DNA from: Rhodospirillales bacterium
GTDB lineage: Bacteria > Pseudomonadota > Alphaproteobacteria > Bin95
Direction: 5' to 3'
Assembly (NCBI GenBank): GCA_038143065.1
Contig: JAYQLI010000035.1
Location: forward strand, 928,001 to 992,000
Length of the DNA stretch: 64,000 bases
Shown here piece by piece: positions 46,593-57,729 of the stretch; the stretch's first letter is position 1; every line of letters starts with the position of its first letter. A model generated the notes under the pieces. That model had not been told where the DNA came from. It ran no database searches and saw nothing but the letters and a program-made list of their open reading frames with translations. The translations under genes were made by a program, and so were the position numbers.

Positions 46593-46650
46593 CGTGTGGA
46601 GATTTGAGCGACCAGCTTGCGGGCCACGTTAAATAAACTGCTAAAGAGGT
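46593..46650 (+). ncRNA. SAM-II (SAM_alpha) riboswitch aptamer
   Basis: GTGG AGATTTGAGCGACCAGCTTGCGGG CCAC GTTAAATAAACTGCTAAAGAGG matches the SAM-II pattern (P1 GTGG/CCAC, GATTT..TTGC loop, GCTAAA pseudoknot strand); upstream of a Met biosynthesis gene. Confidence 0.9.
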
Positions 46651-46660
46651 TGGTGCGATG

Positions 46661-46688
46661 CCCGGCCCTTTGCGGTCGGGTTTTTTTA
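46661..46688 (+). terminator. Intrinsic terminator in the metZ leader (riboswitch expression platform)
   Basis: CCCGGCC-CTTTGC-GGTCGGG hairpin followed by T7. Confidence 0.82.
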
Positions 46689-46751
46689 TCCGTCTCGTCA
46701 AAGTTACAACGGCCTCCCACTGGCTGAAAGGTTCTTTTGGAGTCGTTAAAA

Positions 46752-47942
46752 ATGTTTGGGTATCGCAAATTACCGGAAGGTGTGTCATCTCGCACTCAAT
46801 CCATTCATGCTGGCCAGTTGCCAAGCCAATATATGGAAAATGCAGAAGCTATTTATATGACTTCAGGCTTCACTTATGGATCGGCGGAGGAAGCTGAAGC
46901 TGCTTTTAAAGGTGAAGTCGAGCGGTATGTTTACTCTCGATATGCAAATCCTACAGTTTCAATGTTTGAAGAACGCCTGCGCTTACTTGAAGGCGCAGAG
47001 GACTGTATGGCAACTGGTTCGGGCATGGCTGCGGTATTTGCCGCCCTCGCCTGCCAGATTGGTGCTGGGGAACGTTTGGTAGCAAGTCGCGCTTTATTCA
47101 GCTCGTGTCATGTAATTGCAACTCAAATTTTGCCTCGCTTTGGCGTTGAAACAGAATTAGTTGACGGCACCGATCTAAACGCCTGGGAAAAGGCACTCTC
47201 CAAACCGACCAAGATCGCATTTCTAGAGAGCCCCTCAAATCCAACTCTGGAGATCCTAGATATAGCTAAAGTAGCATCTATGGCTCATGCTGCTGGCGCA
47301 AAGCTTGTTGTTGATAATGTTTTTGCAACACCCATCATGCAAAAACCATTAGATTTGGGCGCAGATATTGTAACTTATTCGACTACAAAACATATCGATG
47401 GCCAGGGTCGCAGTCTTGGTGGAGCTGTTCTCGCTTCTGAGGAATTTGTAGCCGAAAAATTACTGCCCTTCCTACGCCACACGGGTCCAGCGCTAAGCCC
47501 ATTCAATGCTTGGATAGGGCTAAAGGGCCTAGAAACTCTTGAACTTCGCGTACGAGCAGCTGAGACTAGCGCCGCAAAAGTGGCGGACTTCTTGAGCACC
47601 CATCCAGGTGTAGAAAACGTTATTTATCCTGGACGAAAGGACTGCCCAGGTCACGCACTTGCGGCACAGCAAATGCAAGGTTTTGGAACTCTTACGACTT
47701 TTCGGCTCACCGGCGGCAAAGCTCATTGCTTTGAAACTTTGAACAAACTTCAAACAATCCGGATTTCAAATAATCTTGGCGATGCCAAAAGTTTGATATG
47801 CCACCCAGATACCACCACTCATGCAAAAGTACCACCGGAGGAAAAACAGCGCCTTGGAATTGGTTCAAATATGCTGCGACTTTCAGTAGGACTTGAAGCC
47901 ACTGCCGACATCATTAGTGATCTGGACAATGCTTTAAAGTAG
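46752..47942 (+). CDS. metZ: O-succinylhomoserine sulfhydrylase
   Basis: YVYSRYANPTV, FLESPSNP, VVDNVFATP, YSTTKHIDGQGR, SNNLGDAKS. Confidence 0.93.
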   Translation: MFGYRKLPEGVSSRTQSIHAGQLPSQYMENAEAIYMTSGFTYGSAEEAEAAFKGEVERYVYSRYANPTVSMFEERLRLLEGAEDCMATGSGMAAVFAALACQIGAGERLVASRALFSSCHVIATQILPRFGVETELVDGTDLNAWEKALSKPTKIAFLESPSNPTLEILDIAKVASMAHAAGAKLVVDNVFATPIMQKPLDLGADIVTYSTTKHIDGQGRSLGGAVLASEEFVAEKLLPFLRHTGPALSPFNAWIGLKGLETLELRVRAAETSAAKVADFLSTHPGVENVIYPGRKDCPGHALAAQQMQGFGTLTTFRLTGGKAHCFETLNKLQTIRISNNLGDAKSLICHPDTTTHAKVPPEEKQRLGIGSNMLRLSVGLEATADIISDLDNALK

Positions 47943-48065
47943 CTGCGGCCCTCGCCAATTTCTGTAGCCAAGCTAGATTAATACCGATGTTGCTGAAATA
48001 GGATGCAAGACCTAATTTTGGTTTAAAAATGTTATATCAAGGTTTACCTAAGGTACCTCATACTA

Positions 48066-48458
48066 ATGTATAGCGAACAGACAGACGACTTAGTCGTCAA
48101 CGTGACCCCAGAATTTCTTGAGGAACACTCACGTCCACAAGAAGGACATTTTGTTTGGGCCTACCACATCACAATCATCAATAGAGGAAAAAGGCAGGTC
48201 CAACTGATTAATCGTTATTGGAAAATCATTGATGCACGGGGACGAGTTCAGGAAGTTCGCGGGGCAGGGGTCGTAGGTGAACAACCCGTGTTAGCTCCTG
48301 GCCAGGAGTTTAGCTATACAAGCGGCTGTCCATTGGAGACTCCTCAGGAGTTATGATGGGATCGTATGAGATGGTGGCCGAAGATGGCTCTCAATTTGAT
48401 ATTTCAATTCCAACCTTTTCTCTCGACTCTCTCCCTTGCAAATATGGCAGTGAATTAG
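48066..48458 (+). CDS. apaG: ApaG protein (frameshifted)
   Basis: [30 protein letters not shown], shifted tail IPTFSLDS. Confidence 0.9.
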
Positions 48459-48522
48459 TCGCGAAACATTTTTCCCAGAGGCAAAAGATGTCTCACGGGT
48501 TTTCCTAATCGGGAATATAATA

Positions 48523-49969
48523 ATGGACTTTCGGCCGATCGCATTCATGACCGGTCTGTTGCTTTCCGGCCTAGCGCTAGCGATGGCGCCACCCGCAGTT
48601 GCAGATCTTATGAATGACCACGAAAACTGGTTGGTTTTCATTGCTGCGATGGGCATGACTTTATTTATTGGCGTTGGACTAGCTGTTTCTTGCTGGCAAG
48701 GGAGTGCGTTTCGGATCTCTCTGCGAGAAACGTTTGTTCTAACTAGTTTTAGCTGGGCTGCGCTAGCTGCTTTCGGAGCTCTTCCATTCGTTTTCTCAGA
48801 CCTGCAGCTTAGTTACACAGACGCCTATTTTGAGGCTATGTCCGGTTTAACCACAACAGGTTCCACAGTAATCTCTGGCCTAGATTTTGCAGCACCAGGT
48901 CTTCTTCTTTGGAGAGCTATCCTTCAATGGATTGGTGGAATTGGGATTATTGTTACCGCAATCGCTGTTATGCCGGCTCTAGGTGTTGGAGGCATGCAGT
49001 TATTCCGAGCGGAAGCCCTAGAACAAAATGAAAAAGTTTTACCCCGTGCTGCGCAAATAGCATTTGGAATTGGCAGCCTTTACATGGGGTACGGTTCTGG
49101 TTGCAATTGCCTACTGGCTAATTGGTATGAATGGTTTTGATGCTGTTACACACTCCATGACTACAATTTCAACTGGTGGATACGCGAATTACGACTCTTC
49201 TTTTGCCGTCTTTGAAGGCGAAGCTGTGCCTTTAATTGCCATCTTAGGAATGATACTCGGCTCATTACCGTTCGTCGCTTATTTGAAAGCGATCAAGGTG
49301 TCTCCACGCAGTTTGCTAACCGATCCACAAATTCGAGGGTTCATAATAACCATCGTTTTCTTCACTACACTAGTTGTCCTAGCTCGGGGCCGTGCAGCGG
49401 ATGAAGGCATAGTTAGCTTCCTTGCAGAGTCAATGTTCAACGTTGTTTCTATTCTCACTGGAACTGGATTTGTTCATGGAGACTTCGAAAGCTGGGGGCC
49501 ATTTGCCCAACCTATCTTTTTGATTCTGATGTTTATTGGGGGGTGTGCAGGCTCCACAACATGTGCAATTAAAATCTTCCGATTCCAAGTGCTTATTGCT
49601 GGGGCTAAATCTCAACTTAGAAGAATGGCTCGCCCCCATCGTATTGCACCAGCACATTACTCTGGAAAACCTCTTAGCTCAGAGGCAGACAACTCTGTAC
49701 TTGCCTTCTTTTTCCTTTATATCGCCTGTTTTTCCGCGCTAATCGTTGGTCTGAGTTTAACTGGTGTAGAGGGTATTACGGCTATCAGCGGAGCAGCAAC
49801 TGCAATTTCTAACGTAGGACCAGGCCTTGGCCCAGAAATAGGACCATCTGGTAACTTTGCTACATTGCCTGACACAGCAAAATGGATACTTGCAGCAGGT
49901 ATGCTGTTAGGCCGCCTCGAATTATTTACTCTCTTAATTCTTTTGCTTCCACGATTTTGGCGGTCATAA
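48523..49969 (+). CDS. trkH: TrkH potassium uptake permease (frameshift near 49085)
   Basis: FEAMSGLTTTG, STGG, GGCAGST, NVGPG, LGRLE. Confidence 0.92.
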
Positions 49970-50026
49970 CGCAACTTGCAGTATTTCATTACTTGACGAC
50001 TGCAAACCAAAAAATAGTTTTTCGTT

Positions 50027-50797
50027 ATGTCCATCACTCGAAGACCACTAGATAAAGAAACCATTATTCTCAAGGATACTGATGGGAATTTTTTGCCATA
50101 TGAGGAAACTTTTTTTACGACCGAATTGAGAAAACTTTTAAAAAGATACAATGACGTTCTTTCTGAAACTGTGATTTCCCATCCCGTTTATTCTCTATCC
50201 GCATTCACTTACTACCTGTTCAGTCACAAAGACACAGAACTTGCAGGGACATTCCATAACGAATGGCAATCAATATCTCCAAAAGAACGACAGAATATTT
50301 TGTTTGATGGCACCGCCACATTGGAAATAGATTATGGGCCGCTTTGCCCATACCTAATTTATGCAGAACGCAGTCTTGCTATCCCCGACAGACTCATTCC
50401 TTTGAGAAAATTTCTATTACCGGATGTGTTTAAAAACGATCGATGTTCCAGCACTGAAATGAAACGCATGTTCGGAATTATGTTGATCACCAGAACTCAG
50501 CGCGAAGCTCTACAAATTTATGGTGGTTCTATTTCCAATACACGAGAAATCTTTGAGGCAACCAAAAGGCAGTTTGTCGAAATAGCCGATGAATTTTGTT
50601 CTGGTAAAAAAGATCAAGCAGTTCAGCGGAATTTTATGTTTACTCGTGCCGTATTCGAGAAATTTACCACAGCTCGCAAGCCCATAGTAGCAATTCAAAA
50701 TAGCTTCGTTGTTAAAAAATCAGAGGTACAATTCCTAATGGAAGTAATTTACGACACTCTCGAAGACACGTTTTCTCTGATAACTGCATCAGATTAA
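50027..50797 (+). CDS. Hypothetical protein with a degenerate family-A polymerase-like motif pattern
   Basis: Intact 256 aa ORF; WQSI..ERQNILFDG..TLEIDY, K, and IQNSFVV lie where polymerase motifs A, B and C would be (pattern recognition only). Confidence 0.55.
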   Translation: MSITRRPLDKETIILKDTDGNFLPYEETFFTTELRKLLKRYNDVLSETVISHPVYSLSAFTYYLFSHKDTELAGTFHNEWQSISPKERQNILFDGTATLEIDYGPLCPYLIYAERSLAIPDRLIPLRKFLLPDVFKNDRCSSTEMKRMFGIMLITRTQREALQIYGGSISNTREIFEATKRQFVEIADEFCSGKKDQAVQRNFMFTRAVFEKFTTARKPIVAIQNSFVVKKSEVQFLMEVIYDTLEDTFSLITASD

Positions 50798-50866
50798 CCG
50801 CCATAAAATTTTTTTGTTTAAAATTTAGCAGCACCTACCTGTACTTCTTACAGTAGGCCTTAATCT

Positions 50867-52021
50867 CTAGCGCTTTCCTCGCGCGTCCACTGGCCAAATA
50901 TCTATAAGCATATCGCCGCGGCATACATGGTAACAATCATGCAAATTAACAGTGGGGTCACAATGTGGTGTCACGCACTCTAGCATGTCACCAAGCTTTA
51001 AAGGTTCAGCACCTACAGGCAGGGAGACGCGACCATGCTCATCACCAGACCAACTATACTCAGCGCCCTCTGGAGCACCTTTTGTAATCCGAGGTTTAGG
51101 GCCATCAGTGGCAAAGGCTTTAAGACCCCCATCTGTGGTTACAAATCCATCATGTTGAGATGAGACAACTGATGTTGCAATAAAAAGAGCGTCATGGAAT
51201 GGCTGCCCGCCATCCTCGCGTAAGCTAACACGATCATAGTCCACATCCATTACAGTAAACGACCCAGCCTGAAGCTCTGCTAGCCCACCAGCGGATGCTT
51301 CAAGCGCATGCGTTCCAGTACCCCCACCAGTCATCAGTGGAGGAGGAAGGCCAATATCTTTCAGGGCATTTTCGACCTGAAGCATTTGCTCAGCCACCCC
51401 CCTGGTGCCAGACATTCGTTCTTCAAAGTCAACGATATGTTGCAAGTGGCCAGCATAGCCCTGCAATCCCCCAAACCGAAGATGTGGAGCAGCTGCTATC
51501 TCTCTAGCAAGTGCAACTGCCTGCTGAGCCGAGGGCACCCCAGTGCGTTTTGAGCCCACGTCGATATCAATAAACAACGTTAGATGCTTTTTACCAAACT
51601 TTGCTGTCGCCTCTGTCAACATGGCAACATTTGCGGGGTCATCAACAACTACTGCCAAATCTTCAGCTTCTTCGTTCAACTCCAATAGACGCTTAATTTT
51701 TGATTCTTGGACTACTGGGCTTGTTATCAAGATTCCTGAGACCCCCGCATAACCAAGGGCTTCAGCCTCACCTAACGTTGCACAGCATGCTCCAACCGCT
51801 CCCGCCTCAATAAGCATTTTTGCTATTGCCACCGATTTGTGGGTCTTGGCGTGCGGCCGCAAGCGCAGTCCTGCTGCCGTGGTCCACTGGATCATTTCCT
51901 TGATATTCTGCTCAACAATGTCGAGATCTAGCACCAGTGAAGGCGTGGAGAGTTTATTGCGGGAGCCCGGCACCCCAATGAGACTGACATTTGGAGAAAG
52001 TTCAGCAGTTTTGTGACGCAT
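50867..52021 (-). CDS. DSD1 family PLP enzyme (D-threonine / 3-hydroxy-D-aspartate aldolase-like)
   Basis: RPHAKTHK, GLQGYAGH, GGGTGT, ELQAGS..MD, GDEHG, PHCDPTVN. Confidence 0.9.
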   Translation of the reverse strand: MRHKTAELSPNVSLIGVPGSRNKLSTPSLVLDLDIVEQNIKEMIQWTTAAGLRLRPHAKTHKSVAIAKMLIEAGAVGACCATLGEAEALGYAGVSGILITSPVVQESKIKRLLELNEEAEDLAVVVDDPANVAMLTEATAKFGKKHLTLFIDIDVGSKRTGVPSAQQAVALAREIAAAPHLRFGGLQGYAGHLQHIVDFEERMSGTRGVAEQMLQVENALKDIGLPPPLMTGGGTGTHALEASAGGLAELQAGSFTVMDVDYDRVSLREDGGQPFHDALFIATSVVSSQHDGFVTTDGGLKAFATDGPKPRITKGAPEGAEYSWSGDEHGRVSLPVGAEPLKLGDMLECVTPHCDPTVNLHDCYHVCRGDMLIDIWPVDARGKR

Positions 52022-52180
52022 ACGCTTATCCCGTCAGAGAGATTAGCCAACAAATGGCAGCCTAAAATTCGATCACGTTTTGCTGTCCGATTACCCAAGG
52101 TATTTTCCAATGGCAACGATGGCCGCAACACGTGCAATCAACTGTAATTAAGACCTATTGATCTTGAGATTCTTTTGAAT

Positions 52181-52780
52181 TTAAAAAACTGGTTTTGTCG
52201 CCTCCACGTCTTTATTCTCGTGCATGGCCTCAAACCATTTCGCAAGTCCGCTTCTTCCATCACGCCAGTTATCATCTGGAAGGCGCCAGTCTGCGTAGCC
52301 AAGGGCGCATACAACAGCAATTGCGCCGGCATCCAAACCAGCTGACTTACCACCAAGAGCTTTTTCCAAAGCATCATAACAACGATCAGCACGCTCAGCT
52401 TCCTTAGCTATGAGACTCGGGGAACGCTCATCTTCCGACAAACGATTTAACTGCTGAGACCGGATGAAGAGGCTATCCAACAAAAGAGAACCTATTCCTT
52501 CTACCTCCCGGGCTGCGTCTGCTGCGGCCGTATCAGAAGGAAATAATTTTCCGCCAGATTTTTCGTTTAGATAATTGGTAATTAGAAGCGTCTCGCAGAA
52601 ATAGGCACCTGTATCTGTTTCGAAGCCTGGTACCTTAACTCCTGGACCCCTACCCCGGAGGGGATTATCAACTGCATCTAATGGGGCAACATCTATTTCA
52701 TCTACAGCGAGCCCTGACACGCGAGCAGCCAAAACGGCACGGCGGGCATAGGGAGAATTACCGGTAAAAAAGACTTTCAT
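52181..52780 (-). CDS. Glutathione S-transferase family protein
   Basis: NSPYARR N-terminus, KVP motif, CALGYADWR. Confidence 0.78.
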   Translation of the reverse strand: MKVFFTGNSPYARRAVLAARVSGLAVDEIDVAPLDAVDNPLRGRGPGVKVPGFETDTGAYFCETLLITNYLNEKSGGKLFPSDTAAADAAREVEGIGSLLLDSLFIRSQQLNRLSEDERSPSLIAKEAERADRCYDALEKALGGKSAGLDAGAIAVVCALGYADWRLPDDNWRDGRSGLAKWFEAMHENKDVEATKPVF

Positions 52781-52931
52781 TGAATAGGAACCTCAAAGGA
52801 TATTGCAGGGACAAGATCGAGAGATTAACAACTTGACGCTAGACTTGGGAAGAGGATAGCAAGGTAATTTTATGCTCAGAAATCGATATTTTTCAGAGAG
52901 TACGTTGACGCACCATTGACACCCAAACGAT

Positions 52932-54098
52932 TTATCTCTTCGCAAAACTTCGTCCGATCAGTTGTTGGTGAACTTGGTTCGTACCTTCCCAAATTTGGGT
53001 GATCTTTGCGTCTCGAAATAATCTTTCAGCTGCATAATCTTCCACGTATCCATAACCACCATGAAGTTGAACGCACATATCTGCTGCTTTCATCGCGAGG
53101 TCAGACGCCCTCATTTTCAGCATGCTAGCTTCAACACCAACATCATTCACACCATTGTCCAGCATTTGAGATACATGAAATAGCCACCGCTCACACATCG
53201 CTAAATCTGTTGCAATATCTGCAAGCATGAATTGAATGCCTTGGAAGTCTACTATCCTTCGACCTGATTGACGACGTTCATTGATATAATCGACTGCTGC
53301 TTCAAAGGCTGCCCTTGCAATACCCAAAGCATGAGCCGCGACACTCGGCCTAGATTTGTTTAGTGCTGCAAAAAGGATCCCGAGGCCATCACCAGGGTTT
53401 TTGAGTAAATTCTCTCGAGGAACTAAAATACCATTAAAAGCAAGCTCTGCGGTTGATGCAGCTCGATGCCCAAGCTTTTCTTCCAGTCTTAATGTTTCAA
53501 GTCCTGGAGCTCCTTTTTCAATTACAAGAGCGGAAATAGCAGCCTTTGCGTCATCAATTTCGGACCATTTTCCAAATACCAAAAATACGTCGGCAACATC
53601 ACCATTAGAAATGAAGCGCTTTCCCCCCTCGATCCGGATCTTGTCTCCCTCTGGAATAAACTTTGTGCGCATTCCTGTTGCGTCTGATCCTGCATCAGGC
53701 TCTGTGATGCATAAAGCTGCTAGTCCGCCAGAAGCAATTTGAGGTAAGAACCGTTGTTTTTGGTCGTCAGAACCAAAATCTAACACTGGCTTAATCGCAT
53801 GAAAGACAGTTGACCAGATTATGCCAGTAGAAGCGCAGGCAGCAGCAATTAAACGAGCACACTCGATATAAACCTCATATCGCATGCCAGCACCGCCGTA
53901 GGCTTCTGGGATAAATAAGCCATTTAATCCAAGAGAATTTATGGCCTCGACGTTAGTCCATGGAAAAGTTTTTGTTTTGTCATACTCTGCAGCCCTTGGA
54001 GCTATTTCTTCCCGTGCCAACCTCGAAACTGATTCAATTACCGCTGCTTCATCTTCAGCCCAGTTATGACTAGCATCTAAACGTTCAAAAACTTTCAT
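52932..54098 (-). CDS. Acyl-CoA dehydrogenase
   Basis: ITEPDAGSDA, K.FISNG, QLHGGYGY, RDAKITQIWEGTNQV. Confidence 0.93.
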   Translation of the reverse strand: MKVFERLDASHNWAEDEAAVIESVSRLAREEIAPRAAEYDKTKTFPWTNVEAINSLGLNGLFIPEAYGGAGMRYEVYIECARLIAAACASTGIIWSTVFHAIKPVLDFGSDDQKQRFLPQIASGGLAALCITEPDAGSDATGMRTKFIPEGDKIRIEGGKRFISNGDVADVFLVFGKWSEIDDAKAAISALVIEKGAPGLETLRLEEKLGHRAASTAELAFNGILVPRENLLKNPGDGLGILFAALNKSRPSVAAHALGIARAAFEAAVDYINERRQSGRRIVDFQGIQFMLADIATDLAMCERWLFHVSQMLDNGVNDVGVEASMLKMRASDLAMKAADMCVQLHGGYGYVEDYAAERLFRDAKITQIWEGTNQVHQQLIGRSFAKR

Positions 54099-54202
54099 TA
54101 AACCTGCTCCAACCGATCACTTTAACAATAAAACTATGCGCAGATATTGCCGAGCTCATTTTGCGGGCGACGATGTCGTCTGTAAAACTCGGAGCTTCAT
54201 TT

Positions 54203-56225
54203 ATGACAAACCTTATCAGTATTGAAATTCACGAACAGCAGCCTTTTGCTGAGGGGACAAGCTTTGGCGAAGTTGGAAGCTACGAATTACTTAAAGGAAG
54301 AGCTCACTTTAGAGTTGATCCACTAGCTCCAGCACAAGCCGATGTAGTTGACATAGATAAGGCTGACCGAGATGCCAATGGCTTCGTTAGATTTGCAACT
54401 GACTTTTCTATCTTTAAGCCTTTAGATCTAACGAGAGGAAATTCGGGATTACTTTTCGATACCGGCAATCGCGGGAATATGCGAGCGATACAGTATTATT
54501 GTGATGCGCCCCCCACGAATGACCCTCGGACCTTGGCTCATGCCGGAAATGGTTTTTTATTCCGACGAGGATATACCGTTGTAGCTGCTGCATGGCAGGG
54601 AGACCTCCTACCAGGGCAAGGGCGGATGCTGCTTGACCTTCCAGTGGCAAAAAATGGTGATAAACCAATTACCGGTAAGGTTCGGACCGAATTTATAGCC
54701 AGCAATGCTGGCATTTATTGCTTCCCTCTTTCAGGACGATCATCCACAAGATCACATCCTGCCATTTCATTAAATCAAGACCATGCCACGCTCACACGGC
54801 GCCAATATCAGACTGACAAACGCCAAATTGTTCCTAACAACCTTTGGAGTTTTGCCCGTGTCGATATAGGCGGAGGTCTTCACGCAACAGGTGCCGAGCA
54901 TGGATTTGCGCCAAGTCTAGAGCACATCTACCTACCAGGAGGCTTTGAGCCTGGATGGATCTATGAAATCGTCTATGAAGCTAGAGACCCCCTGGTAATG
55001 GGCCTCGGTCACGTAGCAATTCGCGACTTTGTAAGCTTCCTAAAATATGAGCAAAAAGACGAAGCCAATAAGCCCAACCCCTTAATTGGTGGAATTGAAA
55101 GAGCTTATGTGTACGGACGTTCCCAGACAGGCCGCTTAATTCGTGATTTTATTTGGCGTGGCTTCAACGAAGATGCATCGGGAAGAAAGGTATTTGACGG
55201 TGCTCTACCTCACGTATCTGGTGCAGGAGGAAAATGGCTTAACCAACGCTTCGCTAATGCAGTTGTAGCTGGCGGACAGCAGCATGAAGACCACTATTGT
55301 CCAGCAGACCGTTTCCCATTCGCCTATTCTGAGACAACCGATCACAACACTGGGAAAACCGACGCTATTCTAAAGCGACCTAGCACCGACCCATTTATAA
55401 TTCATACGCAAACTGCCACAGAGTACTGGCAGAGACGAGGAAGCTTAGTCCATACCGACACATTAGGTAATGATCTAGCTATCCCTGAAAAGGTAAGAGT
55501 CTACGCTTGGGCATCAACCCAACATACGTCTGATCCAAACTTGATACAGCCGCAAACAAGTGACGGGGTAAATTATCTCAATGTTGCCCAAACATCGATG
55601 CTTTTTCGAGCGTTGCTAGATGCGATGGATGCATGGGTCAGGAATAGCACTCCACCACCTCCTTCAGCTATCCCTTCAAGAGCAGAAGGAACACTCATCG
55701 AATACGAAGAGTGGAAAACGCAATTTCCAGCCATCCCAGGCCAGTTAATTCCAAATAGTGCAAACCAACTACCACTAATGGATTTTGGACCAAATGAGTT
55801 AAAGGGAATCCCTAGAGAGAGAGCCTCCAACGGTCATTAGTGAAGCCGCCTATAAAGTTCTTGTTCCCGCTGTCGATGAAGATGGAAATGAAGTGGCAGG
55901 AGTACGTTGTCCAATGGTTCAAGCTCCATTGGGCACATATACAGGCTGGAATGTTAGGAAACGAGGAATAGGCGGCGGAGCCATGCATGAATTTTCTGGA
56001 AGCTATATCCCGTTACCAGAGACCCCAGAAATTCGATCAGCAACCGGTGATCCTCGACAGTCGATCTTAAATCGATACAAAGACGTTAACGGCTACATCG
56101 AAGCAATTGAAACTGCCGCGAGAAGTCTCGTAGAAGCCGGATTTATGTTAGAAGAAGATGTTACTCGTTGCATTGCAAGGGCAAAAAATTGGAGCACCCC
56201 ATTGCACGATATCAAAGGACTTTGA
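54203..56225 (+). CDS. Alpha/beta hydrolase domain protein (Abhydrolase_10-like; frameshift near 55820)
   Basis: WQGD, GRSQTGR nucleophile-like motif, TATEYW, PLGTYTGWN, GFMLEED. Confidence 0.8.
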
Positions 56226-56275
56226 AGATATCCGTTCATATGTCATTTTGTTAAAACTTCTTGGGAGAAATCTTA

Positions 56276-56545
56276 ATGAATCTTGAAGAATTTAAGGAAT
56301 CTCTGGCGCGTGATGGCTTCGAAATGCGGGAAGCTGAAATGGCACCTGGAATAATCAATGAAGAACATTCACATCCTTTTGATGCGCGATTGTATGTTCT
56401 CTCTGGCCTGTTAACTGTCGAATACGAAGGCAAAACCAGCACTTGTGGGCCAGGTGATACCTTTTCGCTTTCTGCCAATATCCCTCATATAGAGCGGGTG
56501 GGCGAAGAAGGTGTTACCTACTTAGCTGGCCGCCGCCCAGCCTAA
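56276..56545 (+). CDS. Small cupin-domain protein
   Basis: HSHPFD..L.G and PGDTF..PH.E cupin motifs. Confidence 0.82.
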   Translation: MNLEEFKESLARDGFEMREAEMAPGIINEEHSHPFDARLYVLSGLLTVEYEGKTSTCGPGDTFSLSANIPHIERVGEEGVTYLAGRRPA

Positions 56546-56551
56546 ATTCAA

Positions 56552-57729
56552 ATGCAGAAAGTCCATACCTCAGCGTCTCCAAAAGAGCGAGCTGCCGCCT
56601 TAATTCCAATACTAGACGCAGCAGCACCTCGCATAGAAGCTGAGCGCAAAATGCCATCAGATGTCCTGGCAGCAATGCATGACGCGGGAATTTTTCGAGT
56701 TCTTCTCCCCAAGTCTGTCGGTGGTGACGAGGCAGATCTCGTAACTTTTGCCGAAACCATTGAAACATTAGCACAGGGCGATGCGAGTGCAGCCTGGGTC
56801 TCTGGGCAAGGAGGCGGATGTGCCCTTTCTGCAGCATTTCTCAAACCACAAGCACGAAAAAAATGGTTTGGGCCCAAAAATGCCGTTTTAGCCTGGGGGG
56901 CAGGCATCCAGGGTAAAGCAGTAAAGGTTGATGGCGGTTATCGTGTTTCTGGCCGGTGGATGTTTAATAGTGGGAGCAGACACGCCACCATTCTGGGGGG
57001 CACTCATTTGTAGTAGATAACTCAGGAGCTCCAATCCTAAGGGCAAACGGCAGTAAACTTGACCGCACCGTTTTGATCCGTCGTGATCAGGCAAAAATAG
57101 ATGATAACTGGCATGTGATGGGACTCTCTGGAACTGGCAGTGACACTTTTGAAATTGAAGATTTATTTGTTGCTGAAGAAGATACAATTGACCGTGAAAA
57201 CCTTGATGAGCTTCAAGAAAACGCCTCAATTTACCTCTTCCCAGGTACAGTTGTTTATGGCGTAGGGTTTTCTGCACTACAACTTGGCATAGCCCGAAGA
57301 ATGCTAACGGAACTCCGCTCTCTGGCTATGACAAAAACTCCAAGAGGAGTTGCCGTATCACTGCGTGAGAATCCAGTATTTCAGCAATTATTATCGCGGC
57401 TAGAAGCTCGGCTTCGATCAGCCCGCGCCTATCTAATGAGTGAGGCCCTATCAGCTCAAGATGCAGTATCAGCTCGAGGAGCAGTTACACTTGATGAACG
57501 TGCCAGACTAAAACTTGCGTCAGTACATTGTATTCATGAAGGTGTGGATATCGTTCACGAGGCTTATCGAGCCGCTGGATCAACTGCAATTTTCAAGTCG
57601 GGACCATTCGAGAGAAGGCTACGTGATGCCTTATCTGCATCTCAACAGACACAAGCTAGAGCCGAAAATTTCGTAAACCTTGGCCGTATCCTGTTAGACT
57701 TAGACCCCGGAAATACTGCTTTTCTCTGA
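56552..57729 (+). CDS. Flavin-dependent hydroxylase, acyl-CoA dehydrogenase fold (HsaA/HpaB-C2-like; frameshift near 57010)
   Basis: GYRVSGRWMFNSG, WHVMGLSGTGS, GSTAIF..FERRLRD. Confidence 0.85.

Noticed and set aside
50867-52021. Beta-hydroxyaspartate cycle (bhcC)
   Set aside because: The DSD1-family gene stands alone; no bhcA, bhcB, bhcD or bhcR is adjacent.
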